Below, piece after piece: positions 48,628 through 58,556 of a DNA stretch of 64,000 nt. The stretch is from an archaeon. GTDB lineage: Archaea; B1Sed10-29; WALL01; JAGHAM01. The first letter of the stretch is position 1. The number at the start of each line of letters is the position of its first letter. A program made the position numbers and the translations under genes. The DNA is taken from assembly GCA_021107635.1 (NCBI GenBank), contig JAIOSL010000043.1, positions 9,873 to 73,872 of the forward strand, read 5' to 3'. Under the pieces are notes generated by a model. It ran no database searches. It was given only the letters and a program-made list of their open reading frames with translations, and was not told where the DNA came from.

Positions 48628-49176
48628 TTCAGCAGCAAAAATCAACACTAAAGCAATCACCAACAAAATCACACCAAAGGCAAACAACAATAAACCAAGC
48701 TTTTGCTTCTTCAAAAACTCCCTCTCAACAATACCAACCAAAATCAACGCAGCTCCGAAAAAACCAATAGCTGCAATCATAATAATTTTGTCAAGAGTGA
48801 AAATTTGTTTAGTGATTTCGCCAAAACCAGAAACTACATAAACAGGCAATTCATGTTCAAGAATAACACAACTTTTTTCTTCATTCGCTCCAACCCAAAA
48901 CCTTAAAGAAAAACTTCCTCCTGGAGGCAAATCAGCTAAAGTAACAAACTCACCAGAACCAATTGAAACATTACGAGAAACAATAGTAATAGTTGTATCA
49001 GAATCACATTCTAAGTTAACAGGAACAGAAGCATTACCCACGTTCTTAATCCTATAATACCAGTTGTCTCCAGTTAACTCAAGAGAAGAATCATCCAATT
49101 CCTCAAAAGTACTCTCAGGTAAACTAAGAGCAAACGCAGAAGAAATTAACAATAACAAAAGAATAATCCTTTTCAT
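48619..49176 (-). CDS. Hypothetical secreted/membrane protein
   Basis: Signal peptide, Ig-like IKNVG segment, two C-terminal TMs. Confidence 0.6.
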   Translation of the reverse strand: MKRIILLLLLISSAFALSLPESTFEELDDSSLELTGDNWYYRIKNVGNASVPVNLECDSDTTITIVSRNVSIGSGEFVTLADLPPGGSFSLRFWVGANEEKSCVILEHELPVYVVSGFGEITKQIFTLDKIIMIAAIGFFGAALILVGIVEREFLKKQKLGLLLFAFGVILLVIALVLIFAAESF

Positions 49177-49252
49177 CAAAAATAATAACAAGGTTCAAAT
49201 ATTTAAAGGCATAAGCCTACTGATTTTAATATTACAACAGAGTATTCCCCTC

Positions 49253-49999
49253 ATGCCCATAAGAACACTCAAAACAATGCTTTTTCCACACGTTGGCCTG
49301 ACAGAACTTAAAAAAGTAATTACATATCCATCCGGCATAGTCTTGATTCTAGCAAACATTATAGTACTTTTAGGAGTAATCTTCTCAGGATGGAATGCAC
49401 TCACAGTAATAACGCTCTACTGGGCAGAAATAGGCATTGTTGGATTCTACACAATGATCAAAATGGAAATGGCAAAAAAAATCCAAAATCCAGCAGAACA
49501 CTTTTTTCCAACAATGACACCACGCTTCCTTAAAGAACACTTCTTCACAGCAAAATTACTTGCACTACTCTTTTTCCTAATATACTTTGGAATACTAATG
49601 CTAGCATACATCTCACTAATCTTTGCGATATTCCTTCCAACCCTAGCGCTCCCAAACACACCGGGACACCTCCTTCCCCACTACATCAATCAAATCATGA
49701 ACATTGCACTCCTAGAAGGAGTATATATCGGACTGGCAGTACTATTCATAAGTCACGGAGTCTCCTTTGCAACTAACTTCATAGGAAGAAAAGAATACGA
49801 ACACGAAAGTCTCATAGCAGGAGCAACCTCTCCACTCCCAAGACTTATAGTAGTACACATAATACTATTACTAGGAATAGCAATAGTAGTTTACTGGAAA
49901 GGCGACATACTTTTACCACTCACGTTAGTAGTAATAGGAAAAACCGTTTTAGACCTTCTAGGACACGCAAACGAACGAAAACTTTTTGAAACAATCTAA
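49253..49999 (+). CDS. DUF6498-like membrane protein (paralog)
   Basis: LILANI, YWAE..VGFY..KM, LFISHGVSF..NF...EY, KTVLDL..H..ER. Confidence 0.7.
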   Translation: MPIRTLKTMLFPHVGLTELKKVITYPSGIVLILANIIVLLGVIFSGWNALTVITLYWAEIGIVGFYTMIKMEMAKKIQNPAEHFFPTMTPRFLKEHFFTAKLLALLFFLIYFGILMLAYISLIFAIFLPTLALPNTPGHLLPHYINQIMNIALLEGVYIGLAVLFISHGVSFATNFIGRKEYEHESLIAGATSPLPRLIVVHIILLLGIAIVVYWKGDILLPLTLVVIGKTVLDLLGHANERKLFETI

Positions 50000-50499
50000 C
50001 ACATTAGAGCAGCAAGCTCATGATTAAGCTCCTCAGCACGCTGAATAACAGGACTATTAGGGCCTACATCCTCTTTTAGTTTCCTTAAAGCTTCTGCAAA
50101 ACTCATTAAATGAGTGCCATCCACAAGAAAATCCACAAAAGTAACAATCTTCTCTTCCAAAGTCTCAGGCATATAATTCTTTTTAGGAAGACCAAGTTTA
50201 ACAGCACACTCCTTGCTGATTCCAACGCCAATATGACGCTCAGCAATATTAGCTAGCTTATCCAATTCCTTTTCTCGTAAAATGATAGCTCCTTTAATTC
50301 CATGATCTAACCCATAAGACTGAGACCGCCCAATATCATGCAATAAAGCCCCAACCTCAACAAGTTCTAAATCAACAGGAACACTCACCTTCTTAGCAAA
50401 TTCTACTGCTTTCTTAGAAACAAACTTGGAATGTTCTATGACTTCCTGTGGCGTTTCAACTTCTTCAAGCAACTGCAGTGCCTCATCTCTTGAAATCAT
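49996..50499 (-). CDS. HDIG/HD-domain protein
   Basis: IEHS, GALLHDIGR, HG..G, ERHIGVG, PETLEEKIV. Confidence 0.88.
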   Translation of the reverse strand: MISRDEALQLLEEVETPQEVIEHSKFVSKKAVEFAKKVSVPVDLELVEVGALLHDIGRSQSYGLDHGIKGAIILREKELDKLANIAERHIGVGISKECAVKLGLPKKNYMPETLEEKIVTFVDFLVDGTHLMSFAEALRKLKEDVGPNSPVIQRAEELNHELAALMC

Positions 50500-51008
50500 T
50501 TTCCATCAAGTTTGTGAAGTGATTTTTGAAGATTTTTTATCTCTTTAATTATTTCAGTGACAGCTTCCTTATTGTCCACATGCCTCATTTCTTTACCACA
50601 CTCAGGACACTTAAAATCATACTCTGCTGCAAGCTCAAAAGGCAGTTTTTCACAACCTGCAACACATTTAAAGAAAACATAATTAGATTCATCATCCAAT
50701 TGTACCTCAAGACTTTTCATCCGGTTCTTCCAACGCTCTTTAACCACTTGTTCAACTTTATCCTTATTCAAAAACCAAGTATACGTGTACCAATTAGTAC
50801 GAGCATCTTTCTCCCGGTCATAACCAATCAAACCAGAATAATGCAATTGATTCAATAAAGACCTAATAACATTTAACTGAAAACCAGTCTTTTTCATAAT
50901 CTCTTCGTCAGTAAGCTCCCCCTTCTTACAAGCTTCCAACACCACTAAACCGTTCTCACCAACAACGTCTTTTAAGACCCCACGCGCCTCTCGATAACAT
51001 AAACTCAA
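50496..51008 (-). CDS. tfe: Transcription factor E (TFIIE alpha)
   Basis: TDEEI winged helix, WYTYTW, FFKC...FELAAEYDFKCPECG. Confidence 0.93.
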   Translation of the reverse strand: MSLCYREARGVLKDVVGENGLVVLEACKKGELTDEEIMKKTGFQLNVIRSLLNQLHYSGLIGYDREKDARTNWYTYTWFLNKDKVEQVVKERWKNRMKSLEVQLDDESNYVFFKCVAGCEKLPFELAAEYDFKCPECGKEMRHVDNKEAVTEIIKEIKNLQKSLHKLDGK

Positions 51009-51100
51009 AAAAATCCCTTGAATTATTTATAGTAAACCAGATATTTAAGTCTTCCTTGTTAAAGTTTTTATACCCCTAGATTCCTAAAATGAGAGCTGAC

Positions 51101-51201
51101 GGGCTCGTAGCTCAGTCTGCAAAGGGTTAAACCTTTGCCTGTAATGGCAGAGCACCAGGCTCTTAACCTGGCTGCCGCGGGTTCAAATCCCGTCGGGCCC
51201 T
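51101..51201 (+). tRNA. tRNA-Lys(CTT) with 27-nt D-loop intron (51118-51144)
   Basis: GGGCTCG/CGGGCCC acceptor, CCAGG-CTCTTAA-CCTGG, intron hairpin GCAAAGG/CCTTTGC. Confidence 0.9.
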
Positions 51202-51206
51202 TCAAT

Positions 51207-51300
51207 GCGCCAATAGTCTAGCCTGGTAGGACTCAAGCTTGCCACTTTTCGCGAGAAAAGCAAAGAGCTTGTGGCGGGGGTTCAAATCCCCCTTGGCGCA
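51207..51300 (+). tRNA. tRNA-Gly(GCC) with 21-nt canonical 37/38 intron (51245-51265)
   Basis: GCGCCAA/TTGGCGC acceptor, BHB with TTGC/GCAA helix, TTTTC-GCGA-GAAAA hairpin. Confidence 0.92.
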
Positions 51301-51344
51301 TTTTCAAAAAAAGATTTATACTAGCAACAGTTAAACATTATCAA

Positions 51345-52943
51345 ATGAAAACCCTGTTGCTAATCTTACTACTTTTAACTTTCGTACAAGCTCAAACACT
51401 TAGTGTAATCAACGCAGGAAGTGCAGAAATAGAACTAGTACTAGAAGGAAATGCAGCAGAAAATCAGACATTATACTTGCCTGCCACAAACACACGTCAA
51501 AAAGTAGTTTATCCTACAGAAATAGAAACATGGAAAGACGAACACGAAAACGTTCTAACTAACGTAACAGGAAATTACTCTCATACATTTCATGTTACAA
51601 TAGATGCAACTAAACCCCTTCTATTCGATGAAAAATATCCGCCAAACAAAGAAAATCAATACCTGAAAGAAAGTGACTTCATAGAAATTACTCCTGAAGT
51701 CAAAAGCAAAGCAGAAAGCATAATTGGGAACAACAATTCCACTTTAGAAGCAATAGCACTTCTAACAGAATGGGTATATGATAACATTGAATACAACTCT
51801 TCATACTCTGGTATCAAAACTACAAAAGAAATATTAAACACCAAACAAGGAGTCTGTTCTGAATACGCAACCATGTATACTGCCTTAGCAAGAGCATCAG
51901 GAATACCCACCAGAATAATAACAGGGATAGCAAACACTGGCTCTGGCTGGGTGCGTCATGCATGGGCAGAAAGCTTAGTATCAGGACACTGGATTCCAAT
52001 CGAACCAACATACAAAGAAGCAGGAACTAGAAACGCCCTAGCAGTAAAACTTTATTCAGGAAATTCTTATCCACTCTATCTACTTCCTGATAGTACAGAA
52101 GAATTCAAAATCCAAAACTATAGCGCGAACGCATTCCAGTTTGAAACAACAATAAATGCCAAACTATCAAAAACTATTCTAGCTCCAGAAGAAATGTTTT
52201 ACCTACAAGCAGAAATAACGAATCAAGAAGCATCAACGATTATGCCCAGCTACATGGTACAAAAAAATATTGGGATAACAAGTTTGGACTCCTTCCGTAA
52301 AATCGTTGTAATACCGCCAGGAAAAAGGGCAAACATTGAATGGGAATTCATAGGCCCATATGGAGAAAGAAATGAATACGTACTGTTTTTCAAAGGACCC
52401 GGAACAGAAGAAAAATTCACTATAAAAGTAGATCCAAACCAAACCGCTCAAAAAACAGGAACCATAGAAATAACAGAAGTATTCGCAAAAGGACAAGAAG
52501 AAGTACTTGAACTAGAAATCACAATAAAAAATAAAGGAAACCGGGACATACAAGCAACAGTTAGAACAATAACCAAAACAGGCTCAAAAAGCAACAACAT
52601 AAACCTTAACGCAGGAGAAGAAAAAACAATTAACTTTTCCTATTCAATCAAACCAGGAATGCAAGAATATACAGTCATAGCAACATCCAACCGGGAAACC
52701 AGAATAGAAAAAGGCACAATAGAAGTTACAAAAGCCCTTGAACCACAGCAAAGCTTATTAAAAAGCTTAAACCAAAATTTACAAACACATCCTATATACT
52801 TTACAATCATCATACTAGTCATTCTTGGAGTAATAATCCTCTTAATACACCCAAGAATCAAAAAAACAAAAAAACCATTCAAAAAGAAACACAAAAGCAA
52901 ATGGCATCGGCTCGTCAAAATTAAGAAAAAAAAGCGACCGTAG
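51345..52943 (+). CDS. Secreted transglutaminase-like protease with Ig-like domains and C-terminal TM
   Basis: GVCSEYA..ALARASGIPTR, RHAWAE, WIPIEPT. Confidence 0.85.
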   Translation: MKTLLLILLLLTFVQAQTLSVINAGSAEIELVLEGNAAENQTLYLPATNTRQKVVYPTEIETWKDEHENVLTNVTGNYSHTFHVTIDATKPLLFDEKYPPNKENQYLKESDFIEITPEVKSKAESIIGNNNSTLEAIALLTEWVYDNIEYNSSYSGIKTTKEILNTKQGVCSEYATMYTALARASGIPTRIITGIANTGSGWVRHAWAESLVSGHWIPIEPTYKEAGTRNALAVKLYSGNSYPLYLLPDSTEEFKIQNYSANAFQFETTINAKLSKTILAPEEMFYLQAEITNQEASTIMPSYMVQKNIGITSLDSFRKIVVIPPGKRANIEWEFIGPYGERNEYVLFFKGPGTEEKFTIKVDPNQTAQKTGTIEITEVFAKGQEEVLELEITIKNKGNRDIQATVRTITKTGSKSNNINLNAGEEKTINFSYSIKPGMQEYTVIATSNRETRIEKGTIEVTKALEPQQSLLKSLNQNLQTHPIYFTIIILVILGVIILLIHPRIKKTKKPFKKKHKSKWHRLVKIKKKKRP

Positions 52944-53006
52944 TCTAGTCTGGTAGGACTTTAGCCTTCCAAGCTAATAACCTGGGTTCAAATCCCAGCG
53001 GTCGCA
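52934..53006 (+). tRNA. tRNA-Gly(TCC), no intron
   Basis: GCGACCG/CGGTCGC, TTAGC-CTTCCAA-GCTAA, CTGGG-TTCAAAT-CCCAG. Confidence 0.95.
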
Positions 53007-53024
53007 CTTTAACATTGTGATAAT

Positions 53025-54107
53025 ATGGAACACCTAGAAAGAAAGTATTCTGAACTCAAAAAACAGCGTAAGAAGCTCACCCAAGAAATGCTTGCCATAA
53101 TGAAAAACGAAAAAAAATTCATGCGAGACAACAAAACCAAAGATATAATCACTCTCCTTGAAAGCAAAGCTCTTCTCAAAAAAAATCAAAAAGAATACCT
53201 AATAAACTATCTGGACAGCTACGCTGGACAAGTAGGACCAGACATAGAAGTCCTGAAAAAAACCGATGCGGAAAAAATAGTCCGCAGAACTACCTTCTCA
53301 AATCCAGCGAACGAAGCAGCCGCAAGAAGAAACCCGGAAAGCTACAAAATAAGATACATAAACCTTTACAAAAATCTCACGAATCACAGCAATCACTTAA
53401 TAGAAAAAAGAGAACGTATGTTTCAACTAGAACAAGAAATGCACGACATAAACAAACAAATCGAAAAACATGAAAAAATCGCTGACATAGAACATGAAAA
53501 CCATAGAACTGCAATAAGACTCAAAAAAAGAAAAAAAGAACTAAGAGGCTACAGGAAAAAAATAACCGATTATGAAAAAAACGCTGAACACCACGCCATA
53601 GAAATAAACAGGCTAACCCAACAAGAAAAAAACATCCTAAATTGGCTCACCAAAGAAAGACTAGCCAAAGTCAAAGAAGTAACCAGGATAGCAAAAACAA
53701 TGAGAAAACACGGAGTAATCGAATATGACAAGCAAATCAAAGATCTCAAAAAAATCTCGTTCGTCAGAGTAACCATTGGAAAAAACAAGATAGAAACAGC
53801 AACAACCAAACACTTCGACCTAATGAAAAACTCTTTAGAATATGCTAGAACCATAGCTAAAAGTCCAGCAAAAAAACACAAAGAACAAAAAGAAGCATAT
53901 CAAGATCTTATAGACGTTGTGGACAAGGCAACTTTAAGTCCCCAGCAAACATTCCACATAAAAAACAGAGAAATTATCAAAAAAATTGAAGAAATACCAA
54001 AGATACAAAAGCAGCTCCATGAACATAGAGAACAAAGTAGAAACCACGCCAGAAACGCACGAAACGCGAGAGAACACCTGAGACGACTCAGATCCAAAAA
54101 AATCTAA
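53025..54107 (+). CDS. Hypothetical basic coiled-coil protein
   Basis: 360-aa K/E/R-rich helical ORF between two tRNA genes. Confidence 0.65.
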   Translation: MEHLERKYSELKKQRKKLTQEMLAIMKNEKKFMRDNKTKDIITLLESKALLKKNQKEYLINYLDSYAGQVGPDIEVLKKTDAEKIVRRTTFSNPANEAAARRNPESYKIRYINLYKNLTNHSNHLIEKRERMFQLEQEMHDINKQIEKHEKIADIEHENHRTAIRLKKRKKELRGYRKKITDYEKNAEHHAIEINRLTQQEKNILNWLTKERLAKVKEVTRIAKTMRKHGVIEYDKQIKDLKKISFVRVTIGKNKIETATTKHFDLMKNSLEYARTIAKSPAKKHKEQKEAYQDLIDVVDKATLSPQQTFHIKNREIIKKIEEIPKIQKQLHEHREQSRNHARNARNAREHLRRLRSKKI

Positions 54108-54146
54108 AACCTTTAAAAACCAGAAAAACCAAAAGGATAAAACCGT

Positions 54147-54255
54147 GGGACGATAGCTCAGCTTGGGAGAGCGCCAGATTGACAGGATATTTCTTCGTGT
54201 CAAGGCGATGCTGAAGACCTGGGTGTCGGGGGTTCAAATCCCCCTCGTCTCACCA
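54147..54255 (+). tRNA. tRNA-Phe(GAA) with 32-nt intron at 30/31 (54178-54209) and encoded CCA
   Basis: GGGACGA/TCGTCTC-ACCA. The spliced arm is CCAGG-CTGAAGA-CCTGG, with a strict BHB (CGCC/GGCG helix, AGA and ATG bulges). Confidence 0.92.
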
Positions 54256-54281
54256 AAATATTCATTGCCCGCTAGCTTTTA

Positions 54282-54467
54282 TTATTTCGGAACAGGAGGA
54301 GGATCACTAGGCTTCTTCCTTAAAGCCAAACTACGCTCAAAAACAGAAAGCTCTTCTTCAATCTGCTCATCAGAATACCCCTCCAAACGAAAATAACCAA
54401 AAATTTTAGAACGAACAATACCACGCTCAACCATACCCCTCAACACTTTCAAATGATTATACTTCAT
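54282..54467 (-). CDS. Small hypothetical protein (61 aa)
   Basis: MKYNHLKVLRG...GYSDEQIEEEL, with AGGGTG SD before ATG 54467. Confidence 0.5.
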   Translation of the reverse strand: MKYNHLKVLRGMVERGIVRSKIFGYFRLEGYSDEQIEEELSVFERSLALRKKPSDPPPVPK

Positions 54468-54522
54468 ACAAACACACCCTAACAGAAGCATATAAATACA
54501 CCCTACAAGTAAATAAAAAACA

Positions 54523-54873
54523 ATGAGAACAAAACTAGACACAACAGACAAAAGACTACTCTCAATAGCAGCAATACTCCTAATCGTTTCTGGACTGTTC
54601 TTCATTCAAATAAAAGACACAAACTTATTCTTCTATCTATTCGGCTCAGTCCTACTCCTAATCTTCTCACTAGTATCAATCGTCATGGCAGGACTAGCAT
54701 ACTCAATAGGAAAAGAAACCGGAGACATAGCATTCACAGGCAAAAATGGACTCGTAGACCACTTCTGTGAAATGAGTAGCAAAGACGGAACATACCTGAT
54801 AGGAGTCATAATACTCCTAATAGGAATAATCTTTGCATCAAACTTTGTCTCATATATACTCTTTCCCGCATGA
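54523..54873 (+). CDS. Hypothetical membrane protein
   Basis: Three TM helices. Confidence 0.6.
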   Translation: MRTKLDTTDKRLLSIAAILLIVSGLFFIQIKDTNLFFYLFGSVLLLIFSLVSIVMAGLAYSIGKETGDIAFTGKNGLVDHFCEMSSKDGTYLIGVIILLIGIIFASNFVSYILFPA

Positions 54874-54908
54874 ACCCTTTTAAAGCTCGCAAGAGAAAAA
54901 TAAAATCA

Positions 54909-56156
54909 ATGCTAGACATAAATATATTCAGAGAACAACCTGAACTCGTAACCAAAGACCTAGAAAAAAGAGGAAAACCAACAAAACTAGTTAACCAAAT
55001 AATAAAAAAAGACAAAACATGGCGCGACACACTCAAAAAAGTAGAAAACGCAAGACACCAAAAAAACATGGCATCAAGACAAATTGGAGAACTGAAAAAA
55101 ACAGGGAAAACTGCCACAAAACAAATCAAAGAAATGCAACACTTAGACAAACAAATGCAAGAACTAGAACAAAGAGTAAAACAACAAAAAAAAGAACGCG
55201 ACACACTACTCATGCAAGTTCCAAACCTGTTGGATGCCAGCGTGCCAGAAGGACAAGAGAATATTCAAATCAAAACATGGGGAAAAACCGAGAAAAAAAA
55301 CGTGAAAAATCACGGAGAACTCCTAGAAAAAAAAGACCTCATAGACTTCACACAAGCAGCAAAAATAGCAGGCTCTGGCTTTGCCTTCCTAAAAGGAGAT
55401 CTCGCACTGCTTGATCTAGCCTTACAACGCTACGCAATAGACTTTCTTACAAAAAAAGACTATACACTCATACAACCACCATTATTCATGAACCTCCAAA
55501 CCTATCAAGGAGTAACAGACCTAGCAGACTTCCAAGACGTAATGTATAAAATTCAAGAAGAAGACTCTTACTTAATCGCAACCAGTGAACACCCACTAGC
55601 AGCAATGCACATGAACAACGTCCTAAATGAAAAAGACCTTCCCATAAAACTTTGTGGAGTAAGTCCCTGCTTCAGAAAAGAAGTAGGCAGGCATGGAATT
55701 GACACGCGAGGATTATTCAGAATGCACCAATTCAACAAAGTAGAACAATTCATTTTCTGCAAACCAGAAGAAAACACTGCATTACATGAAGACCTTCTCG
55801 CTAACACAGAACAATTACACAAAGAGTTAGGCCTTCCTTACCGCATAGTTAATATTTGTACAGGAGACATTGGTACTGTCGCAGCAAAAAAATATGATTT
55901 AGAAGCATGGTCACCCAGACAAGAAAAATACATAGAACTAGCTTCCTGCAGCAATTGCACAGACTATCAAGCAAGACGTCTCAACATACGCTACGGCAAA
56001 TACGGAGGAGAGAAAGCATTTGTACATACACTGAATAGCACGGGCATCGCTACAAGCAGAGTAATGCTAGCAATAATAGAAAACTTCCAGAACGAAGACA
56101 CCATCAAAATTCCAAAAGTGCTTTGGCCATACATGAACGGTAAAAAGGAGTTTTAA
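54909..56156 (+). CDS. serS: Serine--tRNA ligase
   Basis: MLDINIFRE, LIATSEHP, CFRKE, GLFRMHQFNKVEQF, SCSNCTDYQARRL. Confidence 0.96.
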   Translation: MLDINIFREQPELVTKDLEKRGKPTKLVNQIIKKDKTWRDTLKKVENARHQKNMASRQIGELKKTGKTATKQIKEMQHLDKQMQELEQRVKQQKKERDTLLMQVPNLLDASVPEGQENIQIKTWGKTEKKNVKNHGELLEKKDLIDFTQAAKIAGSGFAFLKGDLALLDLALQRYAIDFLTKKDYTLIQPPLFMNLQTYQGVTDLADFQDVMYKIQEEDSYLIATSEHPLAAMHMNNVLNEKDLPIKLCGVSPCFRKEVGRHGIDTRGLFRMHQFNKVEQFIFCKPEENTALHEDLLANTEQLHKELGLPYRIVNICTGDIGTVAAKKYDLEAWSPRQEKYIELASCSNCTDYQARRLNIRYGKYGGEKAFVHTLNSTGIATSRVMLAIIENFQNEDTIKIPKVLWPYMNGKKEF

Positions 56157-56834
56157 ATGAACATACTAGTACTCTTTGACATAGACAAAACTTTACTTAG
56201 AAGCAAACTTACTTCAACAACACACGCAAAAGCCTTTTCTTACGGAATAAAACAAAGCTTTGGCATAGAAGTAGAATTCACTTACAAAGCCATACATCCA
56301 CTTCCAGGACTCACAGACCAACAAATAATAAAACACTTACTAGAACAAGAATCAGTTGAACTAACTGAAAACAAAATCAAAGAATGCATGAAACACATGG
56401 AAAAATACTACATAACAAACATGCAAAAAGGAGAATTAGAAGCACTACCAGGAACCAAAAAACTCTTAGAACAACTAAAACAAAAAAACGTTACGCTAGG
56501 ATTAGTAACAGGAAACATAGAAGCAATCGGCTGGAAAAAACTTGAAGATGTACATCTAAAACACTACTTTTCTTTCGGAGGCTTCGGAAGCGACGCAGCA
56601 GACAGAGCAGAACTAGTACGCATCGCCCTAAAAAAATCAGGCTATCAAGGCAACAATGTGTTCCTGTTCGGAGACACTCCAAGAGACATAACAGCAGGCA
56701 AAGAAAACAATGTTAAAACAATTGGTGTTGCAACAGGACCATATACAATCAAAGAACTAAAAGACTCTGGTGCTAACCTTGCACTAGAAACTCTTGAAAA
56801 CACAGAACAGATACTCTCTTTCTTAAATTCCTGA
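56157..56834 (+). CDS. HAD-family hydrolase
   Basis: LFDIDKTL, LVTGN, GGFGSD, FGDTPRD. Confidence 0.9.
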   Translation: MNILVLFDIDKTLLRSKLTSTTHAKAFSYGIKQSFGIEVEFTYKAIHPLPGLTDQQIIKHLLEQESVELTENKIKECMKHMEKYYITNMQKGELEALPGTKKLLEQLKQKNVTLGLVTGNIEAIGWKKLEDVHLKHYFSFGGFGSDAADRAELVRIALKKSGYQGNNVFLFGDTPRDITAGKENNVKTIGVATGPYTIKELKDSGANLALETLENTEQILSFLNS

Positions 56835-56903
56835 CTCTACAGTGGTAAAAAAAAGCATATTTTTTTAAATGAGTATTGAGATATACCCTTTAAAGTGGTA
56901 ACA

Positions 56904-57212
56904 ATGGTTGATGCGTGGATATGGGTTTTAATCCCAATCGGAGGAATATGCCTTGGAGCACTAGCAATCTACTTAGAACACCAAAAGAAAATGGCCATGA
57001 TAGAACAAGGATTCGACCCAGAAAAAGAAGACCAACAATACAGAAAAGAAGATCGAATACAAGGTGGTCTTGTAATGATTGGAATAGGAGCTGCTTTCCT
57101 CATAAGCGGTTTTGTGGTATGGACCGACTTCATGCAACCATACGGTCTAGTCGGACTAATCTGTGGATTCATAGGTCTAGCCTTGCTAATATCACATGCC
57201 ACAGAAAAATAA
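56904..57212 (+). CDS. DUF6249-like membrane protein
   Basis: TM, H..KMAMIEQG, G.V.IGIG, GLI..FIGLALL. Confidence 0.65.
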   Translation: MVDAWIWVLIPIGGICLGALAIYLEHQKKMAMIEQGFDPEKEDQQYRKEDRIQGGLVMIGIGAAFLISGFVVWTDFMQPYGLVGLICGFIGLALLISHATEK

Positions 57213-58214
57213 TCACTCAGACAATACCTTATCAATAACAAACTCTGAAATGTTACAAGCATACTCTCCAGTACGCTTTATGCTCTCAATAACATAACAA
57301 AGTTCAACACAAGGCATTCTACCTGAATCCACAGCCAATCGATTAATTCTATCAAGAGCAGGATAAAGCTTATCGAGAGAATCCACGTTGTCATTAGCAG
57401 CATTCAAATCCTTACTGAACCAAGCATCAATACCTCTAGTAAGAACACCAAGCGCAGTAGCACTCGCAGCCACTATCGCCTTAGTCATATCCTCATTTTC
57501 CCCATTATCAACTAAAGTTGAGACCTTCTTCGCAAGGATGCACGCATGATCACCAATTCGTTCAAGAGTACTTCCTAACAAAAAATAATAAGCCGCATCC
57601 TCTTGAGTAACACCAATTTTCTTGAAACGCATTGGATCCATTGAAAGCATACTAAACTGCCTGTAAATGAGCCAATGAAGCCGATTAACCTCATCATCCC
57701 GTTCAATCACATCATTAGCAAGAACCAAATCCTTCTTCACTAACGCAGTAATTGCATCTTCATGCATAACCTTCACAATATTATACATTCGCTTAACAGT
57801 TTTATCAAAAGGCATCTTCGCTGGACTCAACAAGTCTCTTATCACCATCTTTTTTGGAGTCTCTTCAATAATTTCCACCCCAACAGCTATCTTGTTAAAA
57901 CGAGTCACAGTATCCCTGAACGAATGAGGGATTCTCTTCTTAGAACTAACCTCAATAGTAGACAACCCAGTCACATACGCTCCAACAAGCATTCTAAACA
58001 AATAAGTGGGGTTCTTTAAATTATCAACATTAATCTCTCGAGTCTTAAGAGAAGAATCCATATGACTCCTAGGAGTCACCAACAAAGAACCATCGTTTTG
58101 AGTTACCAAAGCAAGAGCATCATTCTTTTGAATGTTGAACTGTTTCACCCATGCCTTAGGCAACGTTACAATGAATGAAGAACCCCCAGTCAGTTGAACT
58201 TTACGAATTTCCAT
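57213..58214 (-). CDS. phoU: AbrB-PhoU phosphate regulator
   Basis: MEIRKVQLTGGSSFIVTLPK.W, RDDEVNR, LERIGDH. Confidence 0.92.
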   Translation of the reverse strand: MEIRKVQLTGGSSFIVTLPKAWVKQFNIQKNDALALVTQNDGSLLVTPRSHMDSSLKTREINVDNLKNPTYLFRMLVGAYVTGLSTIEVSSKKRIPHSFRDTVTRFNKIAVGVEIIEETPKKMVIRDLLSPAKMPFDKTVKRMYNIVKVMHEDAITALVKKDLVLANDVIERDDEVNRLHWLIYRQFSMLSMDPMRFKKIGVTQEDAAYYFLLGSTLERIGDHACILAKKVSTLVDNGENEDMTKAIVAASATALGVLTRGIDAWFSKDLNAANDNVDSLDKLYPALDRINRLAVDSGRMPCVELCYVIESIKRTGEYACNISEFVIDKVLSE

Positions 58215-58331
58215 AAAAAAACCTCAAAAGTATATAAAAATATTGATTTTATATATATGACTATATTCTATGGCGAGAAAGTATATATTTGTAACTATAT
58301 CCAAGTAACGCCAGAGGTAGAGGTGAGAATA

Positions 58332-58556
58332 ATGGGAAAGTGTTACACCATGACAACAACAAGATATGAAACTCCTGAGGAAAGATTCCATGGAGATGAA
58401 GTTATAAAAAACGAGGAAAAATCTTGGCTTTCCATAATTGAACACCTAAAAGATCAGATAAGCAATCTTAAAAATGATAAAGAAAACCTTGAAGACCAAT
58501 TAAAAGACCTCAAGATAAGAAATCAAGAACTCACTAGAAACCTCTTAATGATATAA
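58332..58556 (+). CDS. Small coiled-coil protein (74 aa)
   Basis: GAGGTGA SD before ATG 58332, leucine-zipper-like C-terminus. Confidence 0.6.
   Translation: MGKCYTMTTTRYETPEERFHGDEVIKNEEKSWLSIIEHLKDQISNLKNDKENLEDQLKDLKIRNQELTRNLLMI

Noticed and set aside
53007..54146. tRNA-integrated element between tRNA-Gly and tRNA-Phe
   Set aside because: No integrase and no duplicated tRNA 3' end were seen.
54163..54396. 77-aa ORF
   Set aside because: It runs through tRNA-Phe.
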